A stretch of 64,000 nt of DNA. Origin: Escherichia coli (lineage in GTDB: Bacteria; Bacillota; Clostridia; Oscillospirales; Oscillospiraceae). The translations under genes were made by a program, and so were the position numbers. Where the stretch lies: positions 25,629 through 89,628 of the forward strand of contig CAVGWF010000038.1 in assembly GCA_963632825.1 (NCBI GenBank), in the 5' to 3' direction. The notes under the pieces were generated by a model. It had not been told where the DNA came from. It was given only the letters and a program-made list of their open reading frames with translations, and did no database searches. This document shows positions 57,292 to 64,000 of the stretch, in pieces (the first letter of the stretch is position 1; the number at the start of each line of letters is the position of its first letter).

Positions 57292-58518
57292 GTGAAGCCG
57301 ACGGAGAAAAGGCCTGCTGAGAAAAAGCCGGCGGATGCCGCTGAGCGGGTTCAGAATATAAAAAAGAAAAAGAAGCAGCATAAGCTGAGAAAAACGCTCA
57401 TTGCCTTAGGCTGCGTATTTGCCGTACTCGCGGGGCTGTACACATTTGTCGTGTACACGAAGATACCCTTCATAAAAAATTTGCGCGATGCATATATAGA
57501 GACTGCCATGCAGACCATGAGCCACCAGTGGCTTGCCGAGCTCTTCTTCCCGGATGATGTCATTGCCGAGGTGATGGCAAACATTAATGCCGAACAGGAT
57601 GCACAGCAGGGCATAGAGAGCGAGTGGACGCACAATGTCGAGCAGAAGGACGACAACAGCTTTTACGAGCTGTTTGATGAGGTCGACAAGAGCTCGCTCG
57701 AGGAATATCTCAAGTTGCATCCGAGCGAAAGCAAAAAATCGCTGATGGAGCTCAATATCAACGAAGCCGGACTCAACGATGAGGGTACGACCATCAAAAC
57801 AAAGCAGGGCGATCAGGTACTTGCCATAAACGCGCAGAAGGGCGTGCTGCTTGTGCGTGTCAAGGGCTCAAACTATCAGGGAGTGCTTGCAATTCTCAAA
57901 AATCCGGAGGATATTCGCTGCTGCATCGCCAAGTACATCGGCTCCTACGGTGAGCTGCTTGAGGACTTTGTGCCTCGCTGCAACGGTATACTCGGAGTAA
58001 ATGCCAGCGGGTTTTACGATGCCGACGGTGTCGGCAGCGGCGGCACGGTCGACGGTCTGACGATATGCAGCGGCAAGGAATACGGAACTCATACGGCTTA
58101 CGGCAGAAAGCGCTTGGAATTCAGAACAGATAACAAAATGTATATTGTTGATGCCGATACAAAGGTATCCGCCAATGCGCGCGATGCCGTTGAGTTTACC
58201 CCCGCGCTCATCATAGACGGTGAGGCGCTCATAGATGCTCAGTCGGCGTTCCGCTCAATACAGCCGAGGACGGTCGTTGCCCAGTCGCGCGACGGTGATG
58301 TCATGCTTCTTGTTATAGAGGGCAGGCTTCCCGGCAGATCGCTCGGTATCGGACTTCCCGACTGCACGGAGATCCTGCTCGGATACGATGCATATCAGGC
58401 AATGAACATGGACGGCGGAACGAGCTCCGTAATGTGGTATGACGGAGAGTATGTAACCAAATGCTCAAATCCGGAGATCAGGTGCCGTTATCTGCCGAAT
58501 GCATGGATATATGGCTGA
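57292..58518 (+). CDS. Phosphodiester glycosidase family protein (NAGPA/DUF2233 domain), membrane-anchored; 5' end uncertain
   Basis: Lys/Pro-rich cytoplasmic tail, TM (LIALGCVFAVLAGLYTFVVY), and a C-terminal NAGPA-type domain (..AMNMDGGTSSVMWY..). GTG 57292 is the first canonical start, but the frame is open from 57163 (see findings). Confidence 0.8.
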   Translation: MKPTEKRPAEKKPADAAERVQNIKKKKKQHKLRKTLIALGCVFAVLAGLYTFVVYTKIPFIKNLRDAYIETAMQTMSHQWLAELFFPDDVIAEVMANINAEQDAQQGIESEWTHNVEQKDDNSFYELFDEVDKSSLEEYLKLHPSESKKSLMELNINEAGLNDEGTTIKTKQGDQVLAINAQKGVLLVRVKGSNYQGVLAILKNPEDIRCCIAKYIGSYGELLEDFVPRCNGILGVNASGFYDADGVGSGGTVDGLTICSGKEYGTHTAYGRKRLEFRTDNKMYIVDADTKVSANARDAVEFTPALIIDGEALIDAQSAFRSIQPRTVVAQSRDGDVMLLVIEGRLPGRSLGIGLPDCTEILLGYDAYQAMNMDGGTSSVMWYDGEYVTKCSNPEIRCRYLPNAWIYG

Positions 58519-58519
58519 G

Positions 58520-58547
58520 AAAAAACCGCCGTCAGGCGGTTTTTTTC
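58520..58547 (+). terminator. Intrinsic terminator
   Basis: AAAAAACCGCC gtca GGCGGTTTTTTT. Confidence 0.85.
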
Positions 58548-58617
58548 TCTTACATATTCCGTATATATTTAATGTATGTGTTTGACAAACTTGAAGTTGT
58601 GATATAAATTATCTTCT

Positions 58618-59367
58618 ATGGAAAAGATAAGCTCAAGAAAAAACAGAATAATATGCCATATGCGCGCCGTTGCCTCGGATAACGGCTACCGCGCAGATTG
58701 CCGGCAGTTTATATGCGACGGGGAAAAGACGCTTAAGGAGGCGTTAAGCTCCGGAGCAGTCATAAAGCAGGTGCTCTGGCGGGAGGGCGTACAGCCCATG
58801 GAGCTTCCCGAAGGCGTTGAGCAGTACTGCGCCCCGGCGGATCTTGTCGAGTATGCATCTCCCCTGCGCTCGGGACCGGGACCCGTGTTTACGGTCGCTG
58901 TCCCCACGGCAGATGAAAGCCTTAAGCCGGAGCGGGTCATAGTTATTGAAAACCTTCAGGATCCAGGCAACGTCGGAACGGTCATACGGAGCGCGGATGC
59001 ATTTAATATTGACGCCGTCATAATGGTCGGCGCCTGCGCCGATCTGTATAACCCGAAAACCGTTCGTGCGAGCATGGGCGCAATCTTCCGCCAGAGAGTC
59101 CTGCGCATGAGTATCGGTCAGCTCGACGGCTTTACTCAGCGCTGGTGTCTGCCGCTGTTCGGGGCGGCGCTGAGCGATCGCGCCGCCGATATCCGATGCG
59201 CCGAGCTTCACCGCAGCGCCGTTGCCATCGGCAGCGAGGGCAGGGGACTGTCGAAGGAGCTTCTCGATATATGCGGCGGAGAAATAATAATACCGATGAA
59301 TCCGCAGTCGGAGTCGCTCAATGCGGCAGTGGCTGCATCGGTCATCATGTGGGAAATGTCGAGGTAA
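58618..59367 (+). CDS. TrmH/SpoU family RNA 2'-O-methyltransferase
   Basis: SPOUT motifs ENLQDPGNVGTVIRSADAF, AIGSEGRGLS and IPMNPQSESLNAAVAASV. Confidence 0.88.
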   Translation: MEKISSRKNRIICHMRAVASDNGYRADCRQFICDGEKTLKEALSSGAVIKQVLWREGVQPMELPEGVEQYCAPADLVEYASPLRSGPGPVFTVAVPTADESLKPERVIVIENLQDPGNVGTVIRSADAFNIDAVIMVGACADLYNPKTVRASMGAIFRQRVLRMSIGQLDGFTQRWCLPLFGAALSDRAADIRCAELHRSAVAIGSEGRGLSKELLDICGGEIIIPMNPQSESLNAAVAASVIMWEMSR

Positions 59368-59371
59368 GGCA

Positions 59372-60592
59372 ATGGATGAAGTGCTGTATTGGCTGTGGCT
59401 GTCAAATACGCCTCAGATAGGTGCAAAAACCGTCGCCGCACTGCTTTCGCATTATGAAACGCCGGAGAATGTGTATAATGCGCCGAAGGGTGAGCTCGAG
59501 CGCATTCTCCCGCGCGATAAGGACGGTGCACAGCAGCTTGAAAAGCGGAGCCTTGAGACGGCAAAGCGAATATTCGAAAAGTGCGAAAGCACGGGAATAG
59601 ACATTGTGACCCTCGCCGATGCACGCTACCCCGAGCGTCTGCGCAATATACACCTGCCGCCGGCGGTTTTATATGTAAAAGGGAGACTCCCGAATATAGA
59701 CGCGCTGCCGGCGATAGCCATAATCGGTACCCGCAGGGCGACGCATTACGGGCTGAAAATGGGAATGCGCATGGGCTATGAGATAGCCAAATGCGGAGCA
59801 ACGGTCATATCCGGCTTAACGCGCGGTATCGACTCCGCTGCGGCTGAGGGCGCGCTGTATGCCGAGGGACAGGTCATCGGCGTGCTCGGTCTGCCGCACG
59901 AGCTTGATAAGAGCGGCTTCTCGCGTGAGATAGAGCTCACGGGCGCACTTATAAGCGAGTATGCGCCGGGCACAAAGCCGCACAGCTCGTTTTTTCGGGC
60001 GAGAAACCGCATAACGAGCGGACTTTCGCTCGGTGTCGCCGTGATCGAAGCACCCATGCGCAGCGGAACAAGGCTGTTCGTAAACGAGGCTGCCGATCAG
60101 GGCAAGGAGATATTCGCCGTTCCAGGCAATGCCGATCAGCCGAGCAGCGAGGGAACGAATCTGCTGATAAAAGAGGGTGCAAAGCCCGTAACCAACGGTT
60201 GGGATGTGGTAAGCGAGTTCGCCGCCTTTTATCCGGATAAGCTCAGGGAGGTCAGATTCAGAGACACCGGCAGACTCATCCCGATGGCGCTCACACAGCG
60301 TCAAAATGAGGACTCAAAAGCCGCGCCTGACGAAAAATGCACGAAAAAAGTTGTTGACAAGGCATCAGACGCGGCTTATATTGACTTGAAGAAACAGCTG
60401 GAGGGGCTCAGCCCGAGCCAACTGAAGATAATCGGAGCCATGGATGAAGGCTCGCTTCATGTTGACACGATAATTGAGCGCAGCGGATTTCCGCCCGCAA
60501 AGGTGCTTGCGGATCTTACGCTGCTTCAGATAAAGGGCTATGTCCGGCAGGAGACGGGCAAGCGCTTTTCGCTGAATATTAAGATGAAATGA
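59372..60592 (+). CDS. dprA: DNA-processing protein DprA (Smf)
   Basis: MDEVLYWLWLSNTPQIGAK.., Rossmann core GTRRATHYG..ISGLTRGIDSAAAEGAL.., and a C-terminal winged-helix (DML1-like) extension. The track start 59321 overlaps the upstream gene. Confidence 0.9.
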   Translation: MDEVLYWLWLSNTPQIGAKTVAALLSHYETPENVYNAPKGELERILPRDKDGAQQLEKRSLETAKRIFEKCESTGIDIVTLADARYPERLRNIHLPPAVLYVKGRLPNIDALPAIAIIGTRRATHYGLKMGMRMGYEIAKCGATVISGLTRGIDSAAAEGALYAEGQVIGVLGLPHELDKSGFSREIELTGALISEYAPGTKPHSSFFRARNRITSGLSLGVAVIEAPMRSGTRLFVNEAADQGKEIFAVPGNADQPSSEGTNLLIKEGAKPVTNGWDVVSEFAAFYPDKLREVRFRDTGRLIPMALTQRQNEDSKAAPDEKCTKKVVDKASDAAYIDLKKQLEGLSPSQLKIIGAMDEGSLHVDTIIERSGFPPAKVLADLTLLQIKGYVRQETGKRFSLNIKMK

Positions 60593-60601
60593 GGACGATA
60601 A

Positions 60602-62815
60602 ATGCCCAGCGCAAAGAAAAATCTCGTCATCGTCGAGTCGCCGGCAAAGGCAAAGACGATAGAAAAATACCTCGGCAGTGATTATAAGGTCGTGGCGTCC
60701 ATGGGACACCTCAGGGATCTGCCCAAGAGCACGCTCGGCATCGACATCGAAAACGATTTCGAGCCCAAGTACATTCCGGTCAAGGATCATAAGGAAATAA
60801 TAGACGAGCTCAAAAAGCTCAGCAAGAATGCCAAAACCATTTATCTTGCAACCGACCCTGACCGTGAGGGCGAGGCTATCTCGTGGCATCTCAAGGAGCT
60901 TCTGGCTCTGACAGATGAGCGCGCAAGACGCGTTACATTCAATGAGATAACCAAAAAGGTCGTCACCGAAAGCATCGGAAAGCCGCGCGATATAGACAAT
61001 AACCTCGTGGATGCACAGCAGGCAAGGCGTCTGCTTGACCGTCTCGTCGGCTATAAGCTTTCACCGCTGCTGTGGAAAAAGATCCGCCGCGGACTGTCGG
61101 CCGGCAGAGTTCAGTCGGTCGCAACGCGCATGGTCGTTGACCGTGAAAACGATATAAGGAGCTTTGTGAGCGAGGAGTACTGGCTGCTTGACGCGATATT
61201 CGGTACCGGCAGCGGCGACGGCAGGTTCACCGCCAGATTTTACGGCAAGGACGATAAAAAGCTCGAGCTCCGCTCGGAGGATGATGTAAACACCGTCATA
61301 AGCGCGACCGAGGATGAGCCGTTTAAGGTCAAAGCCGTCAAGCGCGGCAAGAAGCACCGCTCACCCTCACCCCCGTTTATAACCTCCACCCTCCAGCAGG
61401 AGGCGAGCCGCCGCCTCGGCATGACTCCGCGCCGCACAATGTCCATTGCCCAGCAGCTTTACGAAGGCGTTGACATTCAGGGTCACGGCACCGTGGGTCT
61501 TATAACCTATATGCGTACCGATTCTCTGCGCCTTTCGGACGAGGCACTCATGGCGGCGAAAAACTATATAATCGACCACTACGGCAAGGAGTATTATCAC
61601 GGCTCGTTCCGGGTGTATAAGACCAAGTCAGGCGCACAGGATGCGCATGAGGCGATCCGCCCGACGAATATTGAACTCAGTCCGGATGTCGTGCGCAAGG
61701 ATCTGACCCCAGAGCAGTACAGGCTGTACCGCCTTATATGGGGCCGCTTCACCGCCTGCCAGATGGCAAATGCAGTTTATGATAATGTCGTTGTCGATGT
61801 TGAGGCAAACAGCTATATATTCCGCTCAAACTACTCCGAAATGCGCTTTGCAGGCTACACTGCGGTGTACGAGGAGAGTAAGGACGAGGAAAGCGACGAG
61901 CCCCGCAGCAAGCTGCCCACCCTTGAGGAGGGTGAGCGGGTCTGCCTTGAAAAGATGCTGCCCGAGCAGCAGTTTACACAGCCTCCCGCACGGTATACGG
62001 AGGCTACGCTCATCAGAGCCATGGAGGAAAAGGGCATAGGCCGCCCGTCTACCTATGCGCCTACCATTTCCACCATAACCTCGCATGAGTATGTCGTTAA
62101 GGACGGAAAATACCTCAAGCCCACGAATCTCGGCGAGGTGGTCACACAGCTCATGGAGGAGCGCTTCCCCGATATAGTCGACCTGAAATTCACAAACCAC
62201 ATGGAGGAACAGCTCGACGAGGTCGAGAGCGGCGAGCTCTATTGGAAGCAGCTCCTGCGCGATTTCTACGGCGATTTCAGCGTCGAGCTCGAGAATGCCG
62301 AGAAGGCGCTTGACGGAATTAGAATTAAGGTTCCCGATGAGCTCAGCGATGAGTACTGCGATGTCTGCGGCAAGCAGATGGTCGTGAAATCCGGACGGTT
62401 CGGCAGGTTCCTCGCATGTCCGGCTTATCCGGAGTGCAGCTTCACAAAGCCGCTGGTGATTGAAATGCCGGGCAAGTGCCCCAAATGCGGCAGCCGTATA
62501 CTCAAGCGCACATCGAAAAAGGGAAACACCTATTACGCCTGTGAGCGCGGAGCGGACTGCCCGTGGCGCGGCACCGCAGCCGACGGCAGCGAGATAAAGG
62601 GCTTCATGACATGGTATGTGCCCACAAAGGACAATTGCCCGAGCTGCGGAAAAACGCTGTTCAAGCCCAGCGGCAGAGGCAGGCAGAAATCGTTCTGCAT
62701 AAACGAGGACTGCCCGGAATTCGTGCCGGAGGATAAGCGAGGATACAAGAAAAAGCCCGCCGAGAAAAAGACTGCCGCAAAGAAAAAAACAACGGCTAAA
62801 AAGCCCAAAGGATGA
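60602..62815 (+). CDS. topA: DNA topoisomerase I (type IA)
   Basis: Toprim [27 protein letters not shown], and active-site Tyr context [11 protein letters not shown]-terminal CxxC zinc ribbons and a Lys-rich tail. Confidence 0.96.
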   Translation: MPSAKKNLVIVESPAKAKTIEKYLGSDYKVVASMGHLRDLPKSTLGIDIENDFEPKYIPVKDHKEIIDELKKLSKNAKTIYLATDPDREGEAISWHLKELLALTDERARRVTFNEITKKVVTESIGKPRDIDNNLVDAQQARRLLDRLVGYKLSPLLWKKIRRGLSAGRVQSVATRMVVDRENDIRSFVSEEYWLLDAIFGTGSGDGRFTARFYGKDDKKLELRSEDDVNTVISATEDEPFKVKAVKRGKKHRSPSPPFITSTLQQEASRRLGMTPRRTMSIAQQLYEGVDIQGHGTVGLITYMRTDSLRLSDEALMAAKNYIIDHYGKEYYHGSFRVYKTKSGAQDAHEAIRPTNIELSPDVVRKDLTPEQYRLYRLIWGRFTACQMANAVYDNVVVDVEANSYIFRSNYSEMRFAGYTAVYEESKDEESDEPRSKLPTLEEGERVCLEKMLPEQQFTQPPARYTEATLIRAMEEKGIGRPSTYAPTISTITSHEYVVKDGKYLKPTNLGEVVTQLMEERFPDIVDLKFTNHMEEQLDEVESGELYWKQLLRDFYGDFSVELENAEKALDGIRIKVPDELSDEYCDVCGKQMVVKSGRFGRFLACPAYPECSFTKPLVIEMPGKCPKCGSRILKRTSKKGNTYYACERGADCPWRGTAADGSEIKGFMTWYVPTKDNCPSCGKTLFKPSGRGRQKSFCINEDCPEFVPEDKRGYKKKPAEKKTAAKKKTTAKKPKG

Positions 62816-62819
62816 CGAT

Positions 62820-64000
62820 ATGGAACAGGTAACCGTCCTCGGAGCCGGACTCGCGGGCAGCGAATGTGCATGGCAGCTCGCAAAGCGCGGGATAAGTGTG
62901 CGCCTTGTCGAGATGAAGCCCAAGAAAATGACTCCCGCGCATACATCGGAATATTTTGCCGAGCTTGTGTGCTCAAATTCTCTGCGCAGTGATGAGCTCA
63001 CGAATGCGGTCGGACTGCTCAAAGCCGAAATGCGGCGCATGGGCTCGCTCATAATGGAGAGCGCCGACGCTAACCGCGTTGCTGCGGGCGGAGCCCTTGC
63101 CGTTGACAGGGAGGCGTTCGCCCGGTACATAACCGAGAAGCTTAATAAAAACGAAAATATTGAGGTCATAGCCGACGAAGCCGTCGACTTCCCGGAGGGC
63201 GAGACCGTCGTAGCAACGGGGCCGCTCACGAGCGATGCTCTGGCAGATAAGATACGGGCGCTCTGCGGAAGTGAGGGACTGCATTTTTACGATGCCGTAG
63301 CGCCGATGGTGACGCTTGACAGCGTTGATATGGAAAACGCGTTTTTCGCATCGCGCTATGATAAGGGTACGGCGGATTATGTAAACTGCCCGATGGACGA
63401 AGACGAGTATAAGTCGTTCGTGCGCGAGCTGTGCAGCGCAAAAGAAGCGGAGGTGCACGGCTTTGACGACGGCGGCGTGTTTGAAGGCTGCATGCCGGTC
63501 GAGGTCATGGCAAGACGCGGGGAGGACACCCTGCGCTACGGACCCATGAAGCCGGTCGGCCTGCGTGATCCGCGCACGGGGCGTGAAAATTATGCCGTTG
63601 TTCAGCTGAGACGGGATAATGCCGACGGAACGCTTTATAACATAGTCGGCTTCCAGACCCATCTCACATGGGGCGAGCAGAAGCGCGTCTTTTCGATGAT
63701 ACCTGCGCTGAGAAACGCCGATTTCGTGCGCTACGGCGTAATGCATCGCAACACATATCTAAACAGCCCCGTGCTGCTCGACAGATACTACCGTCTCAGA
63801 TCGCAGCAGCGTCTTAGCTTTGCCGGACAGATGACGGGCGTTGAGGGCTATGTCGAATCGGCGGCATCGGGTATGCTCGTCGGCATAGAGACCGCGGCGC
63901 GGCTCATGCAGCTTGAGCCGGTCGACTTTCCGCAGGAGACCGCTATAGGTGCACTGAGCCTGTACATCTCCGGCGGCAGCGTCGGTGATTTCCAGCCGAT
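62820..64000 (+). CDS. trmFO: Methylenetetrahydrofolate--tRNA-(uracil-5-)-methyltransferase TrmFO (3' end beyond window)
   Basis: Hand translation from ATG 62820 gives [72 protein letters not shown]. The canonical dprA-topA-trmFO order supports it. It is not in the ORF track because it is open at the window edge. Confidence 0.9.
   Translation, partial: MEQVTVLGAGLAGSECAWQLAKRGISVRLVEMKPKKMTPAHTSEYFAELVCSNSLRSDELTNAVGLLKAEMRRMGSLIMESADANRVAAGGALAVDREAFARYITEKLNKNENIEVIADEAVDFPEGETVVATGPLTSDALADKIRALCGSEGLHFYDAVAPMVTLDSVDMENAFFASRYDKGTADYVNCPMDEDEYKSFVRELCSAKEAEVHGFDDGGVFEGCMPVEVMARRGEDTLRYGPMKPVGLRDPRTGRENYAVVQLRRDNADGTLYNIVGFQTHLTWGEQKRVFSMIPALRNADFVRYGVMHRNTYLNSPVLLDRYYRLRSQQRLSFAGQMTGVEGYVESAASGMLVGIETAARLMQLEPVDFPQETAIGALSLYISGGSVGDFQP

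Noticed and set aside
61826-63229. 467-aa minus-strand ORF spanning the topA end and trmFO start
   Set aside because: It crosses an intergenic boundary between two well-supported plus-strand genes, and its translation is Ser/Ala/Arg-rich noise.

Overview
This 64-kb chromosomal window looks like a spore-forming, fairly GC-rich member of the Clostridia. That is inferred from gene content (spoIIGA-sigE, PolC, NfnAB-like pair, SLH-anchored surface proteins, a T-box leader); I cannot name the species. I support 59 protein-coding genes (first and last cut by the window edges), tRNA-Pro(GGG), tRNA-Leu(CAA), one Cys-specific T-box leader, and a set of intrinsic terminators and sigma-A-like promoters. 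The content is almost entirely core housekeeping. It includes cell-wall genes (FHA-fused SEDS protein + class B PBP, murC, MOP flippase, uppS), recA-recX-rimO-pgsA, cysS, glyA, gap, nfnAB-like, the pyrH-frr-uppS-dxr-rseP-ispG-polC block, dprA-topA-trmFO, one OmpR/HK pair, and scattered regulators and transporters. I saw no CRISPR array, transposase or integrase, prophage gene, toxin-antitoxin pair or recognisable defence module. I did not find a convincing multi-gene novel system, and claiming one would be over-reach. Six items are most worth a second look: (1) an SLH-anchored surface protein made of repeated Cys3-His modules that I cannot assign to a named family; (2) a histidine-kinase-like protein whose phospho-acceptor His appears to be missing; (3) an Nbp35-like Mrp ATPase paired with a NifX-like protein carrying a Cys/Gly/His tail; (4) an FHA-SEDS fusion with no kinase or phosphatase nearby; (5) loss of cdsA from an otherwise conserved block; (6) a phosphodiester-glycosidase gene whose reading frame extends well upstream of any canonical start codon. 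The many long ORFs in the track that lie antisense to real genes are GC-driven shadow ORFs.
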